Made by a program: the position numbers and the translations under genes. Shown here one piece after another: positions 52,857-64,000 of a stretch of 64,000 nt of DNA (its first letter is position 1; each line of letters begins with the position of its first letter). Below the pieces are notes generated by a model. It was not told where the DNA came from. It saw nothing but the letters and a program-made list of their open reading frames with translations, and made no database searches. The stretch comes from Felis catus. Taxonomy: Eukaryota. Location of the stretch: NCBI RefSeq assembly GCF_018350175.1, contig NC_058368.1:162008001-162072000 (forward strand). Direction: 5' to 3'.

Positions 52857-52992
52857 CTGTAGCTATATATGGTGATTGATGTTAACTAGATTTACTGTGG
52901 TGATTGTTTCACACTATATACAAATATTGATCATTATGTTGTACACCTGAAATTAATACAATGAATGTCAATTATACCTCAATTTAAAAAAA
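52857..52992 (+). mobile_element. Short L1 3' end (L1MA9-like) with A tail
   Basis: GATGTTAACTAGA.TTACTGTGGTGAT...ATTATGTTGTACACCTGAAA.TAATA...GTCAATTATACCTCAATT(A)n. Confidence 0.8.
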
Positions 52993-53058
52993 GGTTTAAT
53001 TATTGCCTCTTTATATCTAATATGTCTGAATCACTCAGTTTGGTTCACTGTTTTTGTG

Positions 53059-53059
<1 letters not shown>

Positions 53060-53095
<36 letters not shown>
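53060..53095. repeat. Poly(T)36
   Basis: Directly visible. Confidence 0.95.
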
Positions 53096-53097
<2 letters not shown>

Positions 53098-53439
53098 CCA
53101 CTGCTAACCCAGTTTAACTCCAGGGTCTCCTGACTGATTTTCTGGAGTTTTTTAGTCAAGGAAAGAGTAAATTCCAAAAATAGTTAACCTTTCATTGGTC
53201 CTCATGTCATATACAATCCTTCTAAACTTTTATAATTTCTAGTTACAGTTGATCAGTGGAAGATTAGTAAATTCTGAAGCCCAGGGAAGATATACAAGAT
53301 TAAGATATACATGAGAAAGGGAATGCCTTTGAGGGTTGTTTCAAAGAGGATGTTTCCAAAGATCAGAATACAATGGGAGATATTTTGAAGGACTTAGGAA
53401 GAAAATAATAAAAAAATTAAGGACTATTCTAGTTGATTT

Positions 53440-53660
53440 TTTTTAAGTTTATTCATTTATTTTGAGAGAGAGAGAGAGAGTGACAGAGAGCAAGTGCACA
53501 TATGCATAGGGAAGGGGCAGAGAGAAAGGGAGAGAGAATCCCAAACAGGCGTGGCACTTCACAGAGCCTGATATGGCACTTGAACTCATCAACCTTGAGG
53601 TCATGACCTGAGCCAAAATCAAGAGTCCCACGCTTAACTGACTGAGGCACCCACTGTCCT
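53440..53660 (-). mobile_element. Can-SINE
   Basis: TSD CTATTCTAGTTGATTT (53424-53439 / 53661-53676). Confidence 0.9.
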
Positions 53661-54267
53661 CTATTCTAGTTGATTTAAATGGCTAAGCAGGGTAATTGTG
53701 TCTCCCATGATCTAGGTAAGAAATATGACTTCTAATGTTCCAAGGGAAAGACCAAACAAAACAAAATGAAAGAAAAATGTCAGATATTTGGAGAATTTAC
53801 AGAAGCTCTTTTTATGGTTTTCAGAAAATTAAGCAAGTCAGGCTCCTGAACCTTTCCAAAAATGAGAAGATACTTATTGTTAATTAAAATGGTTGCAGAA
53901 CTCCTTCAATATTGAAAGATTTCAAGTGTTGGTGCATATAAGCCAGAGATCAAAATGTTTGCACAGGTGTTGATCTGACACACCCAGATAATACTACATG
54001 GATATGATTCCTTACAGCAGAGAGGGCTTTGTGTCCTGTCCTCAAGTTCAACTTGCCTTTCAGAGCTTGGATTCAATGGAAACTTTATTTCAAGGCCAGG
54101 AATGTTTTGATCAAGAAGTTTTTTAGAAACTCATTAGGCATCAGAGGCTGACCTCAGGGGTGACATTATTTGAAGCTCATAAAACAAACAAACAAAAAAC
54201 ACAAATAGTTTCTTAGGCAGACCGAGAGAATGTGGAGTGCAGGTGTTTATTTTAAAAAACACTGGAA

Positions 54268-54493
54268 GGGGCGCCTGGGTGGCGCAGTCGGTTAAGTGTC
54301 CGACTTCAGCCAGGTCACGATCTCGCGGTCCGTGAGTTCGAGCCCTGCGTCAGGCTCTGGGCTGATGGCTCAGAGCCTAGAGCCTGTTTCCGATTCTGTG
54401 TCTCCCTCTCTCTCTGCCCCTCCTCCGTTCATGCTCTGTCTCTCTCTGTCCCAAAAGTAAATAAAAACGTTGAAAAAAATTAAAAAAAAAAAG
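54268..54493 (+). mobile_element. Young felid Can-SINE
   Basis: Near consensus, TSD AAACACTGGAA. Confidence 0.95.
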
Positions 54494-54625
54494 AAACACT
54501 GGAAGACCAAACAGAAATTTCCTCAAGTTCAGTAAAATGTTAAACATGCTTAAGAAGAGTTTAAGATTCATTTCATTAAAACATTGAACTATATCCATCT
54601 ATGTTCCATCTTCATAGTTCACATC

Positions 54626-55136
54626 TGTGGCAGACAGAATAATGGCCCCCACCCAAAGATGTTCTTGACAGAATCTCCATAATCTATGAATCTGTTAGGT
54701 TAGCTGGCAAATGAGAAATAGGTGGCAGATGTAATTACATTTACTAATCAGGTGAAAAAATAGGGAGATTATTCCAGATTACCTGGGTGAGATCAGTATA
54801 ATCACAAGATTCTCTAAAAGTTAAAGAGGGGCAGAATAAGAATCAAAGTAACAATGATATGATGTGAAAAGGACTTGATTGGCCATTGATGACTTGGAAG
54901 ATGGAAAGTGGCCCAGAGTCAAGGACTATGAACAGCTTCTAAAAGCTGGAAAAGGCAAGGAGGCAGATTTTTCCTTACAGCCTCCAGAAAACAATGCAGC
55001 CCTGTTAATACTTTGATTTTAGGTCAGTAAGATTTGTTTTGGACTTCCAAAATACAGAGATAGAGGATAAGAAACATTTGTCATTTTAAGACCCTAAGTT
55101 TGTGGTGATTTTTTATAGCAGAAATAGAAACTAACA
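54626..55136 (+). mobile_element. MaLR LTR (MLT1D-like), near full length
   Basis: Starts TGTGGCAGACAGAATAATGGCCCCC and ends TTTGTGGTGATTTTTTATAGCAGAAATAGAAACTAACA. Confidence 0.85.
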
Positions 55137-55360
55137 AGATGATAGTATGGTAGCAGCTGAATGCTGCTCAGGGGTCACAGCTTGGTATAATGAAAGGTGG
55201 GTCATATACTTCAACAAGTAAAAAAAAATTCTGAATCTTAATCATTTCTATTGGTCTAGAAACACAGAGAATCTTCCTTATCCTTCATAGCACCTTGTTA
55301 AAAAGACAATTGAACAGATGTGTCTTCCTGATAACTTGAAACAAATAATGGCCCTTCCCG

Positions 55361-55381
55361 CCCCCCCCCCCCCCCCCCCCC
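55361..55381. repeat. Poly(C)21
   Basis: Directly visible. Confidence 0.95.
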
Positions 55382-57908
55382 GTCGTTTCTTACTTGCTTC
55401 ATCATCTTCTTGAGAGCAGGTGCTAGTCATCCCTGACTATCTTTAGTCACATTTCCCATTATGCCTTGTACTTTATCAAAAATCATTGAAGATAAGGTGA
55501 CTGGGTTTACCTACTTAAAAATTCTAGCTAATTAAAAAACAAAATAAAAAGTGTTATTGCTTGTCCTCTAATTACTTTGGACTCTTCCCAGGGTTAAAAC
55601 AAGCAAGAATTATATAGTGTGCAAATTCCTTTTAATATAGTTATGGATGTAAATGTTATGAATATTTAAGCTGTTTCTATTTTAACTAAACCTAATGAAG
55701 CTAAGAAAGTTAGCCTCATAACCCCTAATTAGAAGATTCTCCATTACTAGGTAGTTGTGATTTATATCTTCAAATAAGAGTGATGCATTGCTGATATTTT
55801 CATACTACTTTCTACTGTTGCCTATTTCTAAAAATAGGCACTTTTATGTTTCCCTAGGCAATTCTATACAGATCATTAAGAATACCGTCAGAATAACTAA
55901 GACTTTAAACCTAAACACATTCTAAAGAAAAGCACTAGCAAGACTTCTTTATCTAAAAACTTTACAAGTTAGGCCAATACTGCTTTATTCTTGAGCACTG
56001 AAAGTTAAGCAACACTGTTTGGAGTGAAACACTCAGAAAGTTAAAAGTAGTCAGGAACAAACATTTTTAAAAGTTTAAAAAATTTTAAAAGTGGACACTA
56101 TGTTACCCTTACTATACTGACAAAAGCCAAAACTGATGATAATCTGTGATGAAAATAAACATTTAGCTGAGTTTTCAGTTAGTGATGATGCAGATTTCTA
56201 GGAATACTTACAAAAGAATTTTGACAATAAGTTTTAAAGGCATTAAATATATTTATGTATATCTCTAGGTGGCAAATCACTTCTATATTATTTCTATTGC
56301 TAATCACTTTTCTTATTTTTTATAGTTACAGGCAATGATAACACAATTTACAAATTATTGCAATTTTAAAGAGCAACAGTGTTCCAAACATTTAAAAAAA
56401 ATCTTCATAAACTTTTTTCCTTTATTTTTAAGAATTTATCTTAAGCTCTGAAAGACATTGAAAATAAATGTATTAATATCTAATAATGTTGTATTTTTAA
56501 CTTTTATTTCTAATATTTTTCTCTTGCATTTTTCTTGGATAAAGCAGATAAAAATTTTTTAATGTGCCTTTAAAATTTTTTAATTATTCAAAATAGCCTG
56601 TTCTTGCAAAATGGCTAGAATCTACCAGTTTTTTCCAGTACATCTCAAGTGTTACAAAGAATTGTAAAATCAAGTCCTGAAAAATTGAATCCTGAATTCA
56701 AAATGAATAGAATAAGCCACTACATTTTAAAAAAATTATGTAGAATGTACATTCCATTTAAGTTAATAGCAAAGCAATTATTTTTACAATCAGAATAGGA
56801 GAGAAAATTTACCCAAAGTTAACTTCTGCATATGAAGGCTGAATATTAATTCACATTAGTTGTTGTATAGCCTCTATATTTTGCAATAATTTTTTAACAA
56901 TGTTATTTTCCCCATCTATCTCACTTTCTTCTTACTTAATAATTGTACGTTGGTGCCTTAAGGTTTGAACAGTAATATTTTTAGGGAAGCATATTTGCTC
57001 ATAAAGAAAATAATAGTGCCTGACAAATATTTGACAGGTGGACATATGTTTTATCAATGTCCTTACCATTATAGAATAAAATGTACACATCAACATTATT
57101 ATCCTATAGGGAAATGTGCATCATGGCTACAGTGTTCATCCCTAGGAATTTAAACACATTCTCAACTTAATTGTCCTCTATCTAAGGAAAATAACTGCTT
57201 TGGTATCTGGATATGCTCTTTGTAAAAAAATGTTCTTGGTGTTTGTTGAAGCATAGTAATAAGGACAATAGCAAACAAAAAAAGTTGAAAGGTCATATTT
57301 CAACATTCCAATGATTCAGTGAAGGACCACTAAAGGAAGAGTAAGCCTTGTTAAACAGTCAGCCGTGACCTCTAGAAGCCAAAACACATGGTCTCCTGCA
57401 CTACTGCACAGCATAACTAAAAAGACACTTTGTGCTTATTGAAAACATATTTTATATTCAAGGCCAGACACTGATGAGTCAAGTGTGTCCTCTTTCCTGA
57501 AGAGCCTGCCAAGGAGATCTTGAGGTCATTTTGGTCAACATACACAGTGTGCAAGCAAATGGCAGATGAGTCCAGGATAAATATTACCCCACGTGGCCCA
57601 TACCATCTCACCTTATTCAGTTTGCAAGTTAACAAGAGCTTCAGCACAATGTTGTAATTAGAATGAAAATGCACTTGGTCAAATAAAAAAGAAAAGTTAA
57701 TTAAATTGTTTGCTTTTTTCAGTGAAATCCACAATAATTTTAAGTTGTTTGAAGGCTTAATATTTGCATTCATTTCAGGAGGAACTACTAAATGCCAAAG
57801 AAATCTACATGTTGATTTATTTTAATTCCCCAAGATTTGTGTGAGCTAAAATTAAGAAAACTGAGATTGTGGAAGGGAGAAATCTTCCTTCAAAATTATA
57901 ACACAAAC

Positions 57909-58108
57909 GGGGCACCTGGGTGGCTCAGTTGGTTAAGCATCTGACTCTTTATTTTGTCTCATATCATGATCTCAGATTTTGTGGGTTGGAGCCCTACATT
58001 GGGCTCTGTGCTGATAGTGCAGAGCCTGTTTGGGATTCTTTCTTTTTCCTTTTCTCTCTCCCTTCTCCCCGCCCCTGCCTCTAAATAATTAAATAAACTT
58101 AAAAAAAA
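57909..58108 (+). mobile_element. Can-SINE
   Basis: Head, CT tract, A tail, degenerate TSD AAA.TTAT.ACACAA. Confidence 0.9.
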
Positions 58109-58489
58109 GTTATCACACAACAATTAGTTGCTGAGGTTAAAAGACAAAGAGAGACATTACAGACTAACCCGGGTGCCCTCACTGTTACACTACATTGTCT
58201 CATTTCCTGAAAACTTTCTTTGACTCAAAAATCTTCTACATCACTTTTTTTTTTACCTTTTCAGTTGGATGTCTAGTCTTAGGCAGGTGGGAGAAATAGT
58301 TACTACAGCAGGGCTGGCTTACTCAGATCTTTGTCTCTGTAGCCATGTCAACAACCCTTGGGTCAAACACTAAGCATTACACTGTAGGGTTCTCTTCCTG
58401 AATGTGTAATATGATGTGTCAAGATGAACCAAACTGTCACCATATTTAAAGAAGATATTAAGAGTAATGGTATACTTGGTTCTGGACTG

Positions 58490-58790
58490 GAGTTTGTACT
58501 TTTAAGAATTCTAGACCCCAAGACTCAGGTGGTCTTCTTTGTGTGGAGATATCTTACAGGAGAAAATTGCATCTTATGCTAGCAGAGAAAGAGGAAGAAC
58601 TTGGGACCCTGTGTGTGATTTCCTTTGCATATGTGTATCTTTTCTTTTTCTCTTTCTGTATTATAGTGTTGTTATAATAGATCTTAGCCATGATTATAGC
58701 TTTGTGTTGAAGGGTGCTAATCCTTCCAGCACATAAACAAATGAGTTTAGTATCCCCTCTCCAAAGAGGGGTGACTGAAATATATGGTGA
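58490..58790 (+). mobile_element. Possible old ERVL-type LTR 3' part (MER21/MER68-like)
   Basis: ...GTTATAATAGATCTTAGCCATGATTATAGCTTTGTGTTGA...TCCTTCCAGC resembles the MER21-group R/U5 and is followed by TGGTGATGGAACC (PBS-like). Confidence 0.35.
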
Positions 58791-60780
58791 TGGAACCAAC
58801 AGATTATATTGCTTACTTTTTGTTGTAAAACAAACACTCCCTGCCTCCAATTTATTGGCTTAATTACTAAATGAATATTGGGGAGCCTTTTAAGTGGGGC
58901 TGTTCAAGGTTTCCAAGATATCACAAAGGCAAGAAAGCATCTCCAATTATTGATGTCCAGCTTGTTTTTCGTTCTACAGATTCATGTCTATGAATTTCTT
59001 GTTTTATAAATTTGACTTTCTGCCTCTGTTTATCACCACAGACATCAGGTGGGATTAGACATTCAAAGTTAGAAGACAAAGCTTTTCCAGGTGTAAAGAA
59101 TCACCCATGACCCTTTTTAAATATGAAAATTAAGAATAATTAGTGAAAAGTAAATAATGAAAAAGTATGGAGTATAGCTAACAGCATAGAAAAGAAGTTT
59201 CCTGAGGCCCAGTTTCTGCTGGGCAGAAAAGATGACCACTAGCCGACCAAGGAGTCTGAAGCTGAAGGGGCACAGTTTACAAACTGGCCTCAAGAGTATA
59301 TTCAAGGGAGACACTCGAAAGATACATTCCACTGTGGAGAGATGGTTGAGTATTGCAGAATATCATAGCAGCTGACCATGGAAATGATGGCTCACTGAGG
59401 GTGGGTTCTTATAAGAAAGAAAGCAACAGAACTGTCTTTCATGCCTCAATAAGCCTTGAAAAAAGTATTGCAAGATAACCAGTGAATTATGGAATTGGAG
59501 ACTAGGTTGTATATTTTCTGTCACAGAACTTCTGATCATTTACTGCTTTTCAGATATACTTCTTCAAAACAATCACACTATTTTCTATGTACAGTTCTAA
59601 AATGTACTCTTTTCTACCATTGAGAATAGTATCTCACAAGTGTGCTTTTTAATACATGTATTTCTCAAGGGTTTCTAGCCATTTATGAGGAAATGTCATA
59701 AAAATAACACATACACCATGTTTTGAGGATTATTGCTAAAAAAGGATGAAGATTTAAAATAGCTTGTGTTGTTCATATTCTTTCATTTTTTAAAGGGCAT
59801 TTTGGCTATTCCCAACTGGGTTTTCTTATCAGTGTAATACTCCTTATGTATCTAAATGGACTATTAATTAGTTGTTCCACTTACCAACCTCTCTGGTTTT
59901 CCCTTGGGAGAGAGTCAAGATTCATGCATAAAAGCAGTTTAGCACAAACATTAAGCAGCTAGTAGAACATCTCAATGAGGTCAGAAAAGTACCTCGGAGC
60001 TAATACAATTTATTCATTCATATTAAACTTACTAATAAGTTTTAACCCTCTGGTGATGCATAAGGACTCTACATCAAGTGAATGACAACTCTTTGGTTAA
60101 AAAAAATTAATTTCTTTCCTAGGAAGGAAAAATGGAGCGTATGTGAGTGGGAGAGGAAGGAAGAACAAGGGCGCTGAAAGAGGTGAGAAAGTAAAAAAAA
60201 ATAAAATTCCTTCAATTCATAAGAAAATATTTTCTTTGAAATATATTTTGAAATATACTGAATATATATGAAAATATATTTTCAATATAAGTATAAAAAT
60301 GTCAATTTTCAGAACTTACTAACACTGCTCTGGTTTTGAATTTTGGAATATTCTCACCAAGGTCACCCTACTAAGTTTTTTAATGTATGTTACATCAGCT
60401 AGTATCTTTAAAATTATCTCATTATGATTATATAAATCATATAAGGATTTGGTGATTATATAAATATGCTATTAACATAGGCATGCCTTATTTTCACTTA
60501 ATTCAGAAATATTTAACTTTTGTATTAAATACATTTTCTTCCATTATATTTTGGGACTATATAATGTGTTTAGAATCTCTTGCTCTTTTTTAATGTTATG
60601 ATATTTGTTTGATTTGGTTTAATTTCTAATATGTTTTTTTTAGCTTAAAATACATTATTCACTTTATGTTAAAAAGGAGCACATGTTTACATTAATCAGA
60701 AGTCTATAATATTATCCATGGGAAAAGGATACCAGATCAAAAATGAAATAAACTACAATGCAAATTATGTTGACATATTC

Positions 60781-60997
60781 TTTTTTTAATTCTTTAATGT
60801 TTATTTATTTTTTGAGAGAGACAGAGACAGACCAGGAGCAGGGGAGGGGCACAGAGAGGGGGAGACAGAATCCGAAACAGACTCCAGGCTCTGAGCTGTC
60901 AGCACAGAGCCTGACGCGGGGCTCGAACTCACAAACTGTGAGATCATGACCTGAGCCGAAGTCGGACGCCCAACTGACTGAGCCACGCAGGCGCCCC
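60781..60997 (-). mobile_element. Can-SINE, CpG-rich
   Basis: Head ending GGCGCCCC, TSD-like ACATATT(C/T)TTT. Confidence 0.93.
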
Positions 60998-61189
60998 AAC
61001 ATATTTTTAATTTAAAATTTTCACAACAAAATTGGGTCCCTAACCATCAGTAAGCCCATATGATATGATTGAATTACAGTAGTATTTTAATCAAAGAGTC
61101 ACTAATCTAGATTTTTAAAAATATTCTTGGGGAGGAAATAAAAAATCATGATGTAACCTCAAATATATATTTCTGGTAATAAATTATTT

Positions 61190-61630
61190 ATGGATAAATG
61201 AAGAAAATGCAGTATATGCATATAATAGAATATGATATAGTCTTAAAAAAAGAAGGAAATCCTGCCATATGTGAAAAGATGAATGAACACTGAAGACTTC
61301 ACCTAAATTTAATAAGCCAGGCCCAGGACAAATACTTTATGATTCCACTGGTGACACTTTATGACATATCTAAAATACTTAAACTCATAAAAGCAGAGAG
61401 CACAATGGTAGATACCAGTGGCTGGGGGGTGGGGAAAACGAGGAGTTGCTAATCATTGAGTATAGAGTTTCAATAATGCAAGATGTATAAGTTCTAGAGG
61501 TCTTCTGTACAACATTATGCCTCTAGTAAACAATATTGCATTCACATTTAAAAATCCATTAAGGAGATCAGTCTAATGCCAAGTGCTTTTATCACAATAA
61601 AATAAAATTTTAAATTAAAAAAAGAAGAAG
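61190..61630 (+). mobile_element. L1 3' end (L1MA/MB-like) with A-rich tail
   Basis: TGGATAAA..AAGAAAATG..GTATAT...AAGAAGGAAATCCTGCCAT...AAGCAGAGAG.A.AATGGT.G.TACCAG.GGCTGGGGG...CACAATAAAATAAAA. Confidence 0.85.
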
Positions 61631-61649
61631 AAGCTAAATTACCTGTATC

Positions 61650-62628
61650 CAGGATGGGTCTGGGCTTCAGGCATGGACTACAAAGCTACGGCAGCTCCCC
61701 CAGTACTTGCTTTGCTACAGAGCTGGGGATGCCCTCCCAGAGGTGGAGCCAGACATGATTCTGCCCACTATTGTGTTCCTGTGGACAGCTTGCCCATGTC
61801 CCTCTTGGGTGAGGATCCTGCTCTGTGGCCTGCCACTTTCCTAATGACCACCAACTGAAGTCCCTCTCAGCCTGCTCCTCTTCCAAGGCTATGCTCTTTA
61901 AGATGTGCTCCAGCCACTCACTGCTCATGGCTGCATGGGGTGCGTAGCTGTGCTCCTTTTTCTCCAATGTCCCCCATTTTGGATCCTAGGCCTTGGTGGA
62001 TCCCAACCTACCTGGAAGCTGTCCCTAGCCCGGCCAAAAGTCTCTGTCTGCCTTGTCTTCTCCACATCCATCTCTCAGGTGATGAGTTATTTGGCTGGTA
62101 GATGAGGGTCCTATGGACAGGTGGGCAGCTTGGAAAAGTGGCAAAACTCTATGTTGGGCTACCGTCTGTAGTCTTACTGACTGTTGGTGGGGTGTGTACT
62201 CCTGGCTGTAGGCTAAGGAGTAGGGAAGCATGGTGACCATGAGGCTGCCAGCTGCTGCTTCTCATGGGCGCTGTACAGCTGCATGTTCACTGGGCACAGC
62301 TTAGGCACAGGGACGTCTAGGAGCAGATAGAGGGCATCCAGGACAAAGGGTTGAGGCATCAACTGGTGGCAGGTGCCTGGCATGGTCTGCGTCTCCAGCA
62401 TCTAGATCAAGTTCTTCATCTAGCTCATCTTACCATTCAATGGTGGGGAAGAGAATCGGTCTGAATGTGGCTGGAGGTGAAGAGCACGTGTAAGGCTGCA
62501 GGCAGAAAGTCAGCAGGTGGAAGCTCTGGCAGTTGTGGACAGCCAGCTCCAGCAAGTCATTGAAGGCCAGCCAGTCCAGGGCCACACATATGGACCTCAG
62601 GCCGGAGTCTGTGACCACTGAAGGAATT
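61650..62628 (-). pseudogene. CHTF18: Processed (intronless), 5'-truncated, frameshifted pseudogene of CHTF18 (chromosome transmission fidelity factor 18), C-terminal third
   Basis: GC-rich island in AT-rich DNA. Successive minus-strand ORF pieces match the CHTF18 C-terminus in order (human sequence recalled from memory): DSGLRSICVALDWLAFNDLL ~ DSSLGAVCVALDWLAFDDLL; LDALYLLLDVPVPKLCPVNMQLYSAHEKQQLA ~ LDALCLLLDILAPKLRPVSTQLYSTREKQQLA; TMLPYSLAYSQEYTP ~ TMLAYSLTYRQERTP; LEHILKSIALEEEQAERDF ~ LEHIMRRAAREEQPEKDF; GQNHVWLHLWEG ~ GRSEVWFRFNEG. The pieces are contiguous over ~1 kb with no introns and contain several frameshifts and stops. Confidence 0.92.
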
Positions 62629-62885
62629 TTTATCCATTCATCCATGAATAGACACATAGATTGCTTCCATGTCTTGGAAACTGTGAACAGTGCTATAATT
62701 AATATGGAAATGAAAAATATAACTTCAAGAACCTGATTTCTATTTTGGGGCCCAGAAGTGACATTGCAGGATTATATGGTGGTTATAATTTTAAATTTTT
62801 AATTATTTCTCATAGTGGCTGTACCAGTTTACTTTACAGTGCACAAGGGTTCCCTTTTCTCCATACTCAGCTCAATGCTTGTTGA
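62629..62885 (-). mobile_element. L1 ORF2 3'-end fragment
   Basis: TTTATCCATTCATCC.TGAATAGACAC.TAG.TTGCTTCCATGTCTTGG..ACTGTGAA.AGTGCT...CATAGTGGCTGTACCAGTTTAC...AAGGGTTCCCTTTTCTCCA. Confidence 0.85.
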
Positions 62886-63349
62886 AGTGAAAAACTTCAG
62901 TTATTAATTTTTTTTTCCTGAAACCTGAAGGATTATTATAATACAAACTTAAAATGACATGAACGGGTAAACTCAACTAAATCCAAAGAGCTGAATGTAT
63001 CCTTATTTCTGTGATTCAGCAGTATACCAAGTAACAGAAAACAAATAGGGATATGCTTTTACAGTTCTATGCTTAGGCTTTCTGGGATACTGGTGATTGT
63101 TCCTATGGAGGGGAAAGAAGTATTAGGATAATAGTGTATTTGGTCAAGTTCTACAGTGTTGATTCTGAAGCACAATTGGTAGTTAGAGAAAATTATAGAA
63201 GTGAAACCCCTAAAACAGATGAAATTTGGGTATGATAAGGGAATATACAATTAGAAAAGCAAAGGAGAGCAGTTACGGGTCATCTTGTTCTTACACTCTT
63301 ACTGGTGAGATTATAAATTAACCATGTCTTCTTTGGATGTTGAATCTGA

Positions 63350-63710
63350 TAAATATGTTTTACAGATATATTCACATATGGGCACAAGTATATATGTAAA
63401 ACGGTATTCATTTATACTTAAGAGTAAAAGCAAAAGACTAGTGGCAACCTGAGTTATCCATCTGTCCATATGGGACTGGTTGAAAAAAAATCATGATATA
63501 TCTGTACATAATATAAGATAAAATATTATACAGTCATTAAAAGGTGTGAGGCTACTCTACATACACTGATGTGAAATTATTTTCCAGTTACATTGTCAAA
63601 TAAAGATGAACAGTATTTACAGGAGGCTATAATTGTGTAACAAGATGATATTTGCATATACATTGGTTATCTCTTGAAGGATACATTACTATTATAGAAG
63701 TAGTTATAAG
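63350..63710 (+). mobile_element. Old L1 (L1ME-like) fragment
   Basis: AGCAAAAGACT...CAACCT.A....TCCATC...GGGACTGGTT.AA.AAA.CATGATATA...ATATTATACAGTCATTAAAA pattern. Confidence 0.55.
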
Positions 63711-63772
63711 GGAAAGGTGAAATAGAAGACAGGATAGAAAAGAGACTTATTTTTTCCTAGATTCCATTCAGT

Positions 63773-63774
<2 letters not shown>

Positions 63775-63828
<54 letters not shown>
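63775..63828. repeat. (TG)n microsatellite
   Basis: Directly visible. Confidence 0.95.
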
Positions 63829-63829
<1 letters not shown>

Positions 63830-64000
63830 CTGTAATTTTGGAAATATTTTAGAGAATTTTAAAAAATCATATAAAATAACAATTTGAATGAAGTATTCAG
63901 GGTGAGGTTCCATCTGGGTATATAAATTGAAAGTTTTATGATATTTGCAGAGGGACATGTCATAATGCTGGAAAATTGTGATTAGCAGTGATTCTGCTAA

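Noticed and set aside
60220..60290. Short AT-rich palindromes (AGAAAATATTTTCT, GAAAATATATTTTC)
   Set aside because: Expected by chance in very AT-rich low-complexity sequence.
4837..61002. Many supplied ORFs with GAPGWRSRLSVRLQPGHDL / AQVMISQF / LSLSLSLS peptides
   Set aside because: These are translations of Can-SINE bodies and (CT)n tracts, not genes.

Overview
AT-rich mammalian non-coding DNA from a felid genome, probably domestic cat or a close relative. The assignment rests on many tRNA-derived Can-SINEs, including near-consensus young SINEC_Fc-type copies with perfect target-site duplications (TSDs). I recognise no intact protein-coding gene. Most of the supplied ORFs are read-throughs of SINEs, microsatellites or AT-rich sequence. 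The window is a mosaic of about 35 Can-SINEs, old L1/L2/MIR fragments, MaLR (MLT1) LTRs and several ERV1-like solo LTRs. It also holds an ~8.4 kb degenerate minus-strand endogenous retrovirus (about 12.8-21.1 kb) with gag and env-TM remnants and nested insertions. The one clear gene-derived feature is a 5'-truncated, disabled processed pseudogene of CHTF18 on the minus strand (about 61.65-62.63 kb). It lies between two halves of what appears to be one L1 that now point in opposite directions and share an inverted 9-bp junction motif, which suggests a local inversion. Other oddities are a SINE flanked by a ~75-bp duplication, a SINE with an apparent 3' read-through tag, several minus-strand exon-like segments and enhancer-like motif clusters. 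I see no evidence for a novel biological system. Repeat family names come from recalled consensus sequences, not from a database search, and many boundaries are approximate.
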